DNA of 64,000 nt, from assembly GCA_964016885.1 (NCBI GenBank), contig OZ024741.1, positions 116,498,001-116,562,000 on the forward strand. Reading direction: 5' to 3'. Source of the stretch: Eledone cirrhosa. Lineage: Eukaryota. Both the position numbers and the translations under genes were made by a program. Shown here in pieces: positions 40,869-54,246 of the stretch (within the stretch, counting starts at the first letter, position 1; the number at the start of each line of letters is the position of its first letter). Under the pieces are notes generated by a model that was not told where the DNA came from, searched no databases, and saw only the letters and a list, made by a program, of their open reading frames with translations.

Positions 40869-42509
40869 TTCAAGATATAAACATTGATGAAAAAATATGA
40901 AAAACCTGTGCTCTCAAATAAAAGGGCCATGTGTGGTATTTGTTCCACCAAATTAAACACTCACCCTCATGCTCAAGATTATTGATGCTAATTATTACCT
41001 GTTTACATAAAAATATATCCAACATAAACTTAAAATTTAACACTACAATTTGTGTTTCACTTAAAACTATATTCACATGTTCTTTCCCTCATATTCTCTC
41101 CCCTGTCCCAACAAATTAGCTCTCTACTACCTGACAGTCTTTCTCTAGAAATGTGTTTGCTGTCACAAGCTGGGGAAAGAATTTTTCTTTGTTATCTTTC
41201 TATTCTGTAAATTTATTATTATTTTTTTTTTTTGCTTTAACTTATGTTGTAGTCGATATTTTACACACTCATGTATGCATCCGTACACATACACACATGA
41301 TTGGTATTCTGTTAAAAAATGGAAGACAACCACAAATAAAGTAAAGTTTCCAATATGATTTTTTCACTGAAAGAAACAGAACGACCTTTCAATAAAATAA
41401 TATACATGCAACTAAGACAGTTGATTGTCCTGACCTGCAATTAATTGTGTACCCCCCCCCCCCCCCCCCTCTCTCTCTACACACACACATATGCATACAC
41501 TCTGCTGATATGACAACAAAACATTTTCACTCTCGCTGCTAAAGCAAGGGTTAGCCTTGTGGGCCATATGACAAACTTTTTCATTTTGTACTATCATCTC
41601 CAATCAAAACTACTTTTGCAATTTCAAATCCTGTTCCTTTATTATAATAGTATTTTCAGTTTTAAACCATCATCACTATTTTACATCTATTTTCCATTCT
41701 TTCATGGGTTAGATTTGTTGTCACGTTCTTCTGAGGCTAGACAGGTTGACTGTTTTTTGTTAATATATTCCATTCTGGCATGGCTTTTACAGACAGATGC
41801 TCTTCTTAATGCTAACCAGTTCACTGTGTGTTCTCTCCTGGCACTACAACCTCACAGAGTGGACTTGGTGCATTTTCACATGGCACCAGCACTGCTTCTT
41901 TAGCGTTGCTTGGGTGTATTTTAATGTGACACCAGCACCACCAGTGTTTTATCATTACTTCTGGTATTTTTCCTCTCATTTCCTAAAACAAATAAAAATA
42001 AAAAACATATAGAAGCAACCACCACCACCATCAAAATCTTATTTTCAGCCAAGTTGACAAGTACAGGAACACCAGTACATAAAATTGCTCTGTCTGTGTT
42101 TCCATCTGTCCCACTTGACAAGAAGTGACCTTGCTGGAGGTAGATGTGACATGTTTATTTGCACCCAGTAACCTCACACTTAAATTATCTTAACCCTTTT
42201 GTTGCTTCTGCTTTTATTGGCCAGAGAGTTATTAAAACTTATTGAAATGTGAACTGTAAGGTGTTGGTCTCATAATCCTAAGGTTGTAGGTTCAATTCCT
42301 AGATTGGGCATCGTGTTGTGTTCTTAAGGTGCTTCATTTCATAATGCTTTTTATGATAGGACTATGATTCCTATCCTTAAAACACTTGAGAAACCTCCTA
42401 TGAGATGCAACCTCATTAGAGGCCAGCTAAAGCTGTGATAAGAATGTCTAAGGAAAGAATCACAGGACAGATTTTACAGGCAAACACATCTAACGATCCT
42501 TCTTGTAAT

Positions 42510-43630
42510 TGGTAAAGGTTTATATCATTGGCATTCTTCCTCTCGATTACTCATGTGTATCTTCTATATGCAAAGTTCTCCGTTCCTGTTACTCTACTCA
42601 TCATCTACTACATCTTTTGTGTACCCAAGATTTACATTTTGTACATTGTATGGAGTTTATGCCTACTCTTTTTCTCCATATTGAGCAGGGTCACTTCCCT
42701 GAGTTTTGGCTAAGTTTACTCTCAGAACTTTTGATTTCAAATTCTGTTTTCATAATCGGAACTTATTTTTTAGTTTTCTTTTATTGATTCAGCTATAAGA
42801 ACCAAGTCATCTGCATAGAGAAGTTCCATTGGACAGTCAGTTTTAAACTCATCTTATGGCCTGGAGAACTATAATGAACAGCAGTGGGCTAAGAACCGAA
42901 CCTTGATGAACTTCTACCTTGAATTCCTCACTAAACTCATTTCCTACACTCACTTTTCTGATAATTGCTCTGTACATAGTTTGCAATGCTCACACAAGCC
43001 ATTCTTCTACACCTAATTTTCTTAAGGACCACCAGATAGTAGATGGAGGTATTCTATCAAAGGCCTTTTCTAAATCAACAAAAGCTAAATATAGTGGCTT
43101 ATTTTTAACCAGGAACTTATCATGTAGTTGCCTCACTAATACGAGGGCATCTATAGAACTTTTCTCAGGCATGAATCCTGCATTTCATCTATTTTGACTC
43201 TTTCCCTAATTAGTTGCACTATAACTCTTTCTGTCTCTTTCATGACTTGATCCATTATTTTTATTCCTCTATAGTTGCTCCTTTCTAAAGCATCACCTTT
43301 GCCCTTGTAGCAATTTATGATTGTACTGCTGCACAAGTCATTGGGTATGGCTCTGTCCTGTATTCTTTGATTGACTATGTGGGTTACTAGTTTGATTCCT
43401 ACATCTCCCGATGCATTTAGAATCTCAGCAACTATCTCTGATGGTCCTGCAGCTTTACCGTTCTTCATCTCCTTGATTGCATCTTTGACCCTAAAACTGT
43501 CAACTTCGATAGCTGGTCTTTCCTTTGGGTAAGTTGGGGTTAGTTCTCTTCCTCCCATTCATTCTATACATTCATCAATCTCTCATAGTAACATTTCCAG
43601 GGATCTTTCTTTTGGGCATCAGTGTCGTGT
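42510..43630 (-). mobile_element. Degenerate RTE LINE fragment (family C-like RT)
   Basis: [29 protein letters not shown] and YADD remnants. Confidence 0.88.
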
Positions 43631-43636
43631 GTGTGA

Positions 43637-44632
43637 TCATCATCGTTTTTATGTCCGCTTTTCCACACTTGCATGGGTTGGACAGGTCCTTTTCAGTACG
43701 GCATCTATCCACATGTCACAATCTTTGCTATCGCCTCTGTAGTCTCAGTGATTTGAGGTCAGCTCTCACAACCTCTGCCCAGGTCTTCCTTGGTCTACCT
43801 CTATCGCGACTTCCTTTCACTGCCATTTCCTGACACTTCCTCACCCAATGATCATTCTCCATGCACATCACATCCAACCTAATACAGCCTTCTCTCCTGC
43901 ACACCATCTTGAATTCTTTTTAAAGCCAGCTTCTCCTTCAACTCGCTCAAGCTCTGCCTCTCTGTCACACTTACATTGCACATTCAACAAAACATGGTTC
44001 TTTCATTTCTCTCCAGTCTATGTACGTTCTCCGCAGTCACAGCCCATGTTTCACTATTATGCAGTATCGCACTTCACACTCAGACATCATATAGTCATCC
44101 TTTTGTACGTAGGGAGAAACTTTTTGTAGTCAACAGTGGGAATAGTTCTCTGAACTTTTTCCATCCTGTCCTTATTCTAGCTTTTATGCTCTCAGAGCAC
44201 CCTCCTCCATTGCTAATTACGTTGCCTAGATAGCCATAGCTATCAACCACTTCTATGGCTCCTTCCTGTGACTGGAATAGCCTTACATTACTGGTTATCT
44301 TCCCCTCAATTATCCCTGTGTATCTTCTACTAACAAAGTCTTCCCTTCCTATCTGCTTACTCATTATCCTACTATATCTCTTGTGTACTCAAGATTTACA
44401 TTGTGTACATCATAGAGTTTATGCCTACACCCTTTCTACATATTGAGCATGGTCACTTTCCTGAAGGAATCAGGGTCCTATTTTCTCTCTTATTCACTAG
44501 CACTTTAGTTTTGACTAAGTTTACTCTTAGGCCTTTTGATTCTAAATTTTGTTTCCTTAGTTGGAACTTATTTTCTAGGTCTTTAATGGATTCGGCTATA
44601 AGGACCAGATCATCTGCATAGAGAAGTTCCCA
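43637..44632 (-). mobile_element. Second degenerate RTE LINE 3' fragment with (GAT)n tail
   Basis: [12 protein letters not shown] remnant, GGGCSES; tail at ~43637-43645. Confidence 0.88.
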
Positions 44633-46169
44633 TATACATACACTCACAGGCATATTTTGGGTGGGGTCTATTTGTGAATTAGAACAATGTCTACATAATT
44701 TTCTACTGAAAGTATTTACTGTTAGGAAAGCATTCAACCATAAAACTATTTATTGAAAAGATTGTGATGTAAAGTATTTCAGTGTGTACTATAAATAAAT
44801 ACATTTTTTTTTTTTTTTGCTTATTTCAGTCATTTGACTGTAATCATGCTGATGTACCACTTTAAAAGGATTTTAGTCAATCATATCCACCTTGGTACCT
44901 ATATTTTCCAAGCCTGGTATTTATTTGTGAAGCTATTAAGTTATGGGATTTAAACACTGAAAAAGACATACACGTGCACACACACACACAAGTGTGTGTA
45001 TGTGTGACACCAAAAAAGGTACCAATCCATGTAATTTGGTTGGTTTTAGGAAGGGCATCAGCCATAACTACAAATACAGATTCATATGAACAAGACATGG
45101 TCATCTGAACTGAATTGTCTCATAATGATAACCCATCTAACCCATGCAATCATGGAAAAATAGATGTTAAACAGATTATAATGATATATATATGTAATGG
45201 GCTTCTTCAGTTTTTGTCTACAAAATTTCACTCACAAGACATTGGTCAACCCAAAGCTATTGTAGAAGATATTTTGTCTTGGTGCTATGAAATGGGACTT
45301 GAACCTGAAACCATATGGATGTGAAGCGAACTTCTAAACCACACGACCATGCCTTTGCCTAAATCTCTAGTATTTCTTATGCTTTTTATTAAAATATTTT
45401 TGAAAATAATGATACACACACACACGTGTGTGTGTGTGAGGGTGCATGGCATAGTGGTTAAATAGTTAGATTTAAAGTTGTGAGGTTATGAGTTTGATTC
45501 CTTGAGCAAGACACTTTATTTCATGTTGCTCCACTGTAGAAATGAGTTGCGACTACTGGTGGGTACTATTTATCAGGTCACAAAAATGACCACATTATAC
45601 TGTGGACTGGGTGCTTGTTGTTGTGTCACCATCATGTGTCACCAAAGTTAGGCTTGGTGCTTTTTGTGTTGCCATCACGACCACTATACAAGGTGGACTG
45701 GGTGCTTTTGTCATGTCCCCAACATGACCACCTTAGTGGGCAGACTGGGTGCTTTCTGTTATATCACTAACCTGGCCATTCCATAGGTCAGATCGGGTGC
45801 CTTCTGTTGTGCCACCATATGACCACTTTACAAGGTGGACTGGGTGCTTCCTATCGTGTCACCAACCTTACAAAGTGGATTGGGTATTTATTTGTCATGG
45901 AAAATGTAGGGTTGGATGGGGTAGAGTGTATATATATATGAGCGAGACATGGTCGCCCAACCCAACTTGCCTCTAAATGGGACAAAAACCATCTAACCCA
46001 TGCTAGCATGTAAGATAGATGTTAATCAATGATGATCATGATTATATATATTAATAATCATTTTATATCCACTCGGCATGAGCTGGATAGGTTATTATTT
46101 TTTTCTGTATTAATTTATATCTTTGACATGCTATTTTTGTCATTTTATTGTTTTGTTTCTAGGGGGAAA

Positions 46170-46238
46170 ATGAATGATACTTCAAAATCTCCGAAAACTG
46201 TTGGTGCCATTACAAGAGTCTTTAAAAGATACTGTGAG
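46170..46238 (+). CDS. RER1: RER1 coding exon 1 (MNDTSKSPKTVGAITRVFKRYCE)
   Basis: Acceptor ttgtttctag at 46162, ATG 46170, donor gag|gtaaat; phase 0 fits the next exon; poorly conserved N-terminus. Confidence 0.75.
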
Positions 46239-46571
46239 GTAAATGTTATTATTGTCTTCCAGCTCTTTACATTCTGAGTTCGAATCCTACCAAGTCAGCT
46301 CAGTTTTTCATCCTTTTATGATAAAGTATCAGTCAAGTACGTTAGTCGATTTAATCAACTTTCCCTTCCCTACAAATTGTTAGCCTTGTGCCTAAATTAG
46401 AAGCCATTATTCAAAAGGTGGTGGATTGGTAGAGCATCTGATAAAATGTTATTTGTCCTGGATCTTTACATTTTAAGATCAAATCCTGGCAAGGTTAACT
46501 TTGTGCATTTCATCCTTCCTTCTGGGATAAAAAAAAAATGAAGCATCAGTCAAGTACTAGTTTGGATTTAA

Positions 46572-46765
46572 CCCTTTAGCATTTAAACCGGCCATATCCG
46601 GCCAGAATTCTCTCACTTTTTTCTGTTCAAACCGGCTGTAACTGGCTACTCATACTTATGTTCTCAAAATAAACAATATCAAAGTCTTATAGATTCAATA
46701 TTATGTGAGGTAAAGCCTTTGCCATGAAAATGTAATAAATATAGAGTAATGTAAATGCTAAAGGG
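46572..46765. mobile_element. piggyBac-type MITE, best-preserved copy
   Basis: Perfect 14-bp TIR CCCTTTAGCATTTA with TTAA TSD on both sides. Confidence 0.9.
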
Positions 46766-46969
46766 TTAATCAACTTCGATCTTTCCCCAAATTTGTTAGT
46801 CTTGGGCCTAAATTATCTTCAGCATGTCTTTCATTTTCATTCTTACTTTGTACAATTGTCCTTTCTATAGTTCAATCTATTTATACTATACACATTTATA
46901 CTATATACATATGAGTCACACTGCCATTTTCCATACAATATTTACAAGATATATTTTTTATATTTTCAG

Positions 46970-47074
46970 ATCCATCAGAGTTGGCTAGATCGAGCAACCC
47001 CATATGTCACAGTCCGATGGGTTGTAGCATTTCTTCTAGCTCTCATCTACTGTATTCGAGTTTATTTATTACAG
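46970..47074 (+). CDS. RER1: RER1 coding exon 2 (IHQSWLDRATPYVTVRW..RVYLLQ)
   Basis: ttttcag| acceptor, |gtaaat donor, 105 nt; Rer1 motif Q.WLD..TP....RW. Confidence 0.93.
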
Positions 47075-47298
47075 GTAAATATTTTATTCCCCCCCCCTTC
47101 CATCTATTTCACTCTCTCTCTCTCTACATATATACATCACTGATGATGGATTTAAAAATCCTGAAATACGTCTTACGTTCTCACACACCTACTGACGTAG
47201 CTGTAATAATGGTCACAGATTGAGTCATTGTGAGACATGTTTATTATACATAGGCATATGATATATGCTTTCATACACACCTCTATTACACACACACA

Positions 47299-47822
47299 TA
47301 AAGGGCACGTGGAAAGAAACTCCTTTTTTAAAATTAACAACTTTATTATTTATTGGTTGATTTTCATAAAACATTTTCTATTTTGAACAGTAGAATAGTA
47401 GATGTACAATACAGTGTTAAAACTCTACATAGGCACTAGCATTGTCACCAGGGTTTGTAATTGTTTGGATATATCCATGACTGATTTCATTAGGAACTCA
47501 GGTGGTATGTTGGTCAGTGCATGATGAATGCATTCCTCCAATTGAGTCAGAGTTTTTGGTTTTGAGCTATAAACTTCTTCCTTTGTCCGACCCCACAGGA
47601 AAAAATTGGATAGCGTTAAGTCAGAGCTTCTTGCTGGTCATTCATGTGGACCTCGATGACCTAGCCAATGTCCTGGAAATTGGATACCAAGCCACTCACG
47701 GACAGTGATTGCAAAATGAGGAAGGGCCCCATCTTGCATTAATATGAGGTCATTGATGTTGTCCCAAGTGGTCACAGTAAGCCAAATAAGTAATTTTTAA
47801 TAGGTAGTTTCTTTCCATTCAC

Positions 47823-47828
<6 letters not shown>
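47299..47828 (-). mobile_element. Internally deleted Tc1/mariner DD41D (rosa/Visitor-type) element
   Basis: Degenerate TIRs (ggaaagaaact); minus strand MQDGALPH..WLGHRGPHE*PARSSDLTLSNFFLWG with 41 residues between the 2nd Asp and the 3rd catalytic position. Confidence 0.8.
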
Positions 47829-47870
<42 letters not shown>

Positions 47871-49141
47871 CATTCATGTTTTTGATTAGTAACAAGTTCT
47901 GAGTGGATATGCCACAGGTGTGGGTATGTATTTAAGAAGGTGGACATTTGAGGCTTTTGTAATATGAAGGTGTATGAAAGACAGGTAGTATTAGTAATAG
48001 AGATGATGCTACTGATGCTGATGAAGATGGTCGAGGCAATAGTGGTTGTTACAATGACAGACTTAGGAGAGCGAATAAAGAAATAGGAAGTTATGAAAAT
48101 GACCTGGCTTAACCTGAACCGACCCGACCCATTACAGCCCCCTCCATTTCTATTAACACTCTCCTAGGTGGTGACTGATAGATAGATAGATAGTGGTGGT
48201 GGTGGTGGTAAATTTCAAATAATGAAGGTTAAAGAAAACTCAGGGATTCAAGTGTTTTCATATAGAATGCTGTAATCAAGGGAGTATTAAGTTGAATATT
48301 TCTTTTTACTATACATCCAGCCATTTTTCTCATATATGTCAATTGACTGGATCCCAGGCCTCACTTGCTTACTGAGTGGGATAGAACTTGTCAAATCGGA
48401 CCAGAGAAACAGTTTCTATTGATCTTTCCATTGCTGATACTGTCTACTAGTCACAACTCTTGGCAGAAAGAGCAACATGAAATAAAGTGTCTTGCTCAAG
48501 GGCATAATGCGTTGCCCATAATGCGTTGCTAGAAATCAAACTCGAAACCCCACAGTTACAAATCCAATGCTCTAACCACTAAGCCACGCGTCACTGTGAC
48601 CATCATTGTTTATCATCTATTTTCTAAATGTGTATAGGTTAGATGGGTTGTCATGTTACAAGACAAGACAAGTCAGGTCAGGTGACCATGTCTTGTTCAT
48701 ATTATATAATATAAGTCAACAAGGAAAAATAAAATCACCATGATTACATGTCTGCCCTTTTTTATGCTAATGGCATTTCAATCATCTAATTGAATTGTTA
48801 GAAAAGAAAGATGTATTGCAACAATGTACTAGTTCTGTTATGTTAATTGTCTCAGTTGTTGGTTGACACTCAGTCTTGACAATGGTGAAGTAGGACATCT
48901 TTTCATCATCTTTTAGGTTTAGATATTTAGTGAAAGATGTTTGTTACTTACAAGGTAAATACTCTGTCTGTAACAAAGTAGGAGTAAGTCAGTATACCTT
49001 GTGACAGGAGAGGGGAAAGTAGGAAGTTGCAAGGGCAAAAGTAAGAACTACATTTAAACAAGGAAGATTGGGAATGCATAGCTACGTTTATGACTTCACT
49101 ATCATTTTAATTCTCTCTCTCTCTCTCTCTCTCTGTGTATG

Positions 49142-49305
49142 TAAAAGGTAAACAGAAATAACAACACAAGCGGTACCGTATATGGAAGGAATATATTAGT
49201 TTAATGCTTGAGATAGCAGGAAGAGGGTCTTAACGTTTTGGATGCTAATCTTTCATCAGGAGAAAGAATGAGAAATAAGATAGATTGAAGGGATGGGCAG
49301 GGTGG
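49142..49305 (-). mobile_element. Penelope-like terminal repeat remnant with degenerate hammerhead
   Basis: Homologous to 37165-37322; minus strand CTGATGA..AAAA-cg-TT-aaga. Confidence 0.5.
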
Positions 49306-49592
49306 AATTGGACAAAAATTTTTTAGAGAAAAATAACAGGTTCATTCATCTTGATATCTCTTGGAAAACTGTTGAATAACTTTGATAACTTTCGGTCATT
49401 ATTGGCCCAGGCCATACATATATAGTTGACTGATGAGAGAATAGAGTACTCAATATCGATGTAGAGTATAAACATTTATTATGGCTAAGTAGTGATTTTT
49501 GTTACTCTGGAGTTTTTCCTGCACACTTGCAGGATAATCAGATATAACAAGACTCAATACTTAGCCATAATAAATTAATATCTATATAGTTT

Positions 49593-49932
49593 GGAGGCAT
49601 ATGGCTTAGTGGTTAGAGCATTGGTCTTGCAATTGAAAGGTTGTGAGTTCAATTCTCAGACCGGATGTGTTGTGTACTTGAGCAAGACACTTTATTTCAC
49701 ATTACTCCAGTTTACTCAGCTGTAGAAATGAGATGATAGGGACTGGGGTCCCTATCATTCCACCGCAAAGTAGTCGTGGAGGTACCACGGCAAAAAAGCA
49801 CCCAACACTCACTGTAAATGAGGTTGGTGTTAGGAAGGGCATCCAGCTGTAGAAATCAAGCCAGAATCAGTTCCCGTCCCACCCTTGCAAGCAGGGAAAA
49901 AGCGGACGTAAAATGAAATGATGAATGATGAT
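49593..49932 (+). mobile_element. Full-length tRNA-derived SINE with RTE-type 3' tail
   Basis: A box tggcttagtgg, B box gagttcaattc, internal hairpin atgatagggac-tggg-gtccctatcat; tail matches the family C end. Confidence 0.9.
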
Positions 49933-50882
49933 AGTTTATTGGTGTGTAATGTTTCATTACTATTAGTTCTCCAGTTTGAACACCCAATGTTAATATGGGT
50001 CTGGTTTGCTGATGTGGTATTACACCGTAGTCAGTATCCTTAAGAAGCAGAGTATTAATAATAATAATAATGAGTAACAACGCGGTATCAACATATGATC
50101 ACCTCAAGGTATGATTGTTATCAATTGGGCCTGCCTCATCAGACTTGTGGATTCTTTAATATATATATATATATATATGAGGTATTTTGTGAAGTGTATC
50201 TTAACAGATGAAATAATGTTGAATATCATATGATATGTCATTTTCTTTACATTTCTGTACATACTGATATATATTTATGTAAGTAAAGTATATATGTGTG
50301 AACATTAACATCCAGTATATGTTTAAGAAGGCGTTGGGAGAGAGTGACATTTCAAAATGTCCAAAAGTGAAACCCTTCTCCTTTATGTCATGGTTTTAAC
50401 TAAATAGAACTGTTGAAGAAGCTGCCAGGCAGTATCTTTACTCAGAAACTCATCACTGCTGCCATGAACTGGACGAATTCTCACAATTCAAGACAGTTCC
50501 CATTTGGAGTTACTGCCCTTTTAGAAAGATCAGAGACCATGTGATGCTCACACATTTTATTATGTCAACAACAACAACAATATGGTAACATAGAATACAT
50601 GGAGATCAAATAATCCTTAGCAGTACATCCAAAGTAAACTCAGAAATTTTACTTTAGATTATTATCATTGCATTCAGCTATAAAACATTGCCTCAAAAAA
50701 GAACCCTATGGTGAGTATGATTAAGTCTATTAGCAGACCCCTACTTCAGTAAGGAAAATGACCTTAAAATGCTTGTAAAAAAATCTTTATAAGTAATTTT
50801 TGACGGCATTAGCACTACTTGTAGTTATTCACAGCACTTAGAAAACAGCAGCTGAAAGCAGAAATTTATTAAACAATGAAAA

Positions 50883-51227
50883 AAATACACCCCCGTCCCA
50901 CTACCCCCACCCCATCCACACCACCCCTTTCAATGTAAAGTTATGTTGGTACCACAACATCCAGTCCGAAACAAATGAGGTCGTGTAGGTGACACGACAA
51001 AAAAACACAGTCCACGCTGTAATGTGGCCGTGTAGGTAACACGGTAAAAACCTCCCAGTTCGACACTGTAAATGTGGTTGGTGTTAGGAAGGGCATCCAG
51101 CCGTAGAAAACCTGCCAGACAGGCCTATGCGAGCAAGACAACCACTCTTGCCTCAAGTAGGAAAACTCCCGTCCAAACCCATGCAAGCATGGAATATGGA
51201 CGTTAAACGATGATGATGATGATGATG
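50883..51227 (+). mobile_element. Family A 3' UTR-only insertion
   Basis: Matches the family A 3' UTR; (GAT)n tail. Confidence 0.9.
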
Positions 51228-51357
51228 AATGAAGAAGAATGTGTGAGATGTATCCAGTGCTGGACTTACCTATAAGCTAAAGCTGGGGCCTCTTGTTTTT
51301 GTTGTATTTTTGTTTTTAATTATAAATTTATGTTTTCTTTTATATTTTATTCAATAG

Positions 51358-51454
51358 GGGTGGTACATTGTGACATATGCATTAGGAATTTATCTTTTGA
51401 ATTTGTTCATTGCATTCCTTACACCCAAAATAGACCCAGCTATAGATGACACAG
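51358..51454 (+). CDS. RER1: RER1 coding exon 3 ([27 protein letters not shown]..)
   Basis: Hallmark Rer1 sequence; tag| acceptor and |gtaagt donor; phase 0 to 1. Confidence 0.97.
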
Positions 51455-52199
51455 GTAAGTAACTTGTTTAATTACTGATCAGTCCTTATCTTCTTCACTT
51501 TTCCTCATCTTGGAGGCCCTGATCTTCCCCCTCCTCCAGCCTCTGAAGCTCTGATAAAGGGAACCTGATTTTCAGGTTCTCCCACCAACAGTCCTGATCA
51601 TCTTCTCTTTCCCACACCAAACAGTTTTTAACTGTCTGGTAGCTATGGCAAAAGAGGTTGTGTGGTGGAAAAATAAAAGGGCTGGTGGCAGACACTTTCT
51701 TCTTTGGCTAAACTCTTAGACTTTTTCTAGTTTCACTTGAAAGGGAAATGGAAAATATAGAGGGAAGTGTTGCCTTCAAGCAAATTTGTTGAAGGTGTAG
51801 ATTGGAGAAAAAGGCACTTCATTAGTGGTGAGGGTGACCATAGCTTTTGTGCGTTTTTCCATATGATCGGACAAAATTCTTTACAATATTTGTTCTGGCT
51901 TTTTACATTCTGAATTGAAATTCTAGCAAGATCCACTTTGCCTTTCATCCTTGATAAAATAAGTACCAGTCAATTGCTGGGGTTGATTTAATCAATTTAT
52001 CCTTTCCCTTAGATTGCTGGCTTTCTGCCTAAATTAGAAATCATTAATAAAATATAGTACCAGTAACACATTGGGCTTGATTTAATCAACTTTCCTCTTC
52101 CCCAAAGTTGTTAGCCATGTGCCTAAATCAGAAAACATTATTATTATTTGTATTGTTGTATTTTAATGTTTTAACCATTTCTTTCTTCAATATATACAG

Positions 52200-52281
52200 C
52201 AGAAGATGGACCATCATTACCAACAAAAGCTAATGAAGAATTCCGGCCATTTATGCGCAGATTACCAGAATTTAAATTCTG
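52200..52281 (+). CDS. RER1: RER1 coding exon 4 ([27 protein letters not shown]); alternative start 52203
   Basis: Hallmark [15 protein letters not shown]; CAGCAG acceptor; |gtgagt donor. Confidence 0.97.
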
Positions 52282-53317
52282 GTGAGTAGTGTTGTAACAT
52301 TACAATTTTGTATGTATTAGCTTACTTGTAGGGTGACCTGTGTGATGTAGAGCTTTAATCCCCTTGGCAACTGAATTCTTGACCCGATTTTGATTCCCAT
52401 TTGCAACTTTATATCAGAAAAAGTCATGCTAGTACACATATATACCTCTCATGATCATATAAGCTATAAGTGATATAAAAGAAAGATTCTGATTTGTCAG
52501 GAGGTGGTTTAGTGATATGTTTATAATCTAAGGCACATAGCAGCCAATAAATTGACCAGTTGTATTGTGGTCACTATAACGTTGTGCCCGAAAACTCAGC
52601 TGTTTGTGTTCAACGGGTTTAAAAAACAACAGGGAACCACTTCAGTATGATCCTTTCTGATTTTACGTCTTCTTTTTTCATGCTGGCATGAGTTCACTAG
52701 GTCATTACAAACCAAATTAGTACTTAATCAGAACAGACCGACAATGCTTCACTTACATGCTTTCCAGTTTAGGCATAGATTCTATGGCTTGATGCTCTTC
52801 CTCACACCAATATCTTTACACAGTATATTCATGGCACCAGAGAAGAGAGGTTGTCATGCCCCATAACATAGAGAGGCCTCAGTCTTTTTCTGGAATGGTT
52901 TCTACAGCTGGATGCCTTTCTTTATGCAAACTACTTTTCAAAGAGTACTGTGTGTATTCTATCATGGCACCAGCACTGAGAAGGTTATGTCATAGACACA
53001 ACCAAAGAGTTTACACTCTGTAAAGTGGTTGGTGATAGGAATTTTATCAAGCTGTAAAAAGCTTACCAAGTGGTGTCAAAGATATGACAAACTTTCTTGT
53101 GCTAGTGCCATGATAAAATGCACTTGGTAGAGTGCAATAATATATATAAACAAGACCACGCCCCTAGTTCATCTGAGAGATCAGTAGCTTTGCTTGAAAA
53201 CCTACCCACCCCTTGCAAGCAGGGAAGGTAGACATTGAGTGATGATGTTGATGATAAATAAATGCCTGGCCATTCTATTTAAATTTAAAATGAGTATAAT
53301 TTTTTTTTCTATTGTAG

Positions 53318-53453
53318 GTATTCTGCATCTAAATCAATTATTATTGGATTAATTTGTACTATGTTTGATGCTTTGGATATCCCAGTTTTCTGGCCAATCC
53401 TGGTCATGTATTTCATCATTTTGTTTACAATCACCATGAAGAGACAAATTAAG
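53318..53453 (+). CDS. RER1: RER1 coding exon 5 (YSASKS..DIPVFWPILVMYFIILFTITMKRQIK)
   Basis: Hallmark PVFWPIL; ttgtag| acceptor and |gtaaga donor; 136 nt, phase 2 to 0. Confidence 0.97.
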
Positions 53454-54205
53454 GTAAGAAGAAATTCCCCTAGTGTGTTCTAACTGTAAGATATCACTGT
53501 CATCATCATCATCAACTCCACAACTACAAACGTCATTATTATCATTATCACTGTTTTTCCAGCAGAGTGAATCTTGTCTGATCTTGTGAGCGCACAGATG
53601 AAACTCCAGAATAACAAGGCTCACCATTTAACCATAATTAATGAAAACACACACACACACGCACACGCACACGCGCGCGCGGGCCAACGAGCTTCTAAAA
53701 TACAGTTCCACTATGAGTAAAATACAGTGCGGCCAACTGACCAAGCTTGTCTCATAACAGGATCACCCAGTTACACACTGTAAATGTGGTTGGGAAGGAC
53801 ATCCAACAATCATACAAAGTCAGCCAAAACACAGAACTGTTATGAGCAAGGTATGACTTGTATCATAGTACACACACACTGTAAATATGGTTGGTGTTAG
53901 GAAAGGCATCCAACCAGAAACACTCCTATATAAGCGAGACATAGTCATCTGACCCAACTTCTCTCTAAATGGGACAAATCCGTGTAACCCATGCTAGCGT
54001 GGAAGATAGATGTTAATCGATGATGATTATATATATAATAGTAGAACACTGGAGGGTTATATCCATAGTAGTAGAGCACTCAGTCCATGGGACGAGTTTG
54101 GTAGAAGTAGTACCACAACAGTTAGTTCACCATACCGTTGTACGGAAAAGGAAAAACAACTGTATGCATACGGCTGTTTTTCCTTTTCCCTACAACCACA
54201 CTCAG

Positions 54206-54246
54206 ACCGAGCTGAAGATCCGCAAGGTGAAACATTTGTTCTCGGT
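54206..54246 (+). ncRNA. Minimal type I hammerhead ribozyme in RER1 intron (sense strand)
   Basis: ACCGAG-CUGAAGA-U-CC(GCAA)GG-U-GAAA-CAUUUG-UU/CUCGGU: 6-bp stem I, GNRA-capped short stem II, GUU triplet. Confidence 0.7.

Noticed and set aside
49593-49670. tRNA gene
   Set aside because: tRNA-like head continues into a SINE body and tail; no proper cloverleaf acceptor stem
51480-51850. GC-richer intronic segment with short ORFs
   Set aside because: No motif I can assign; likely an old retroelement fragment
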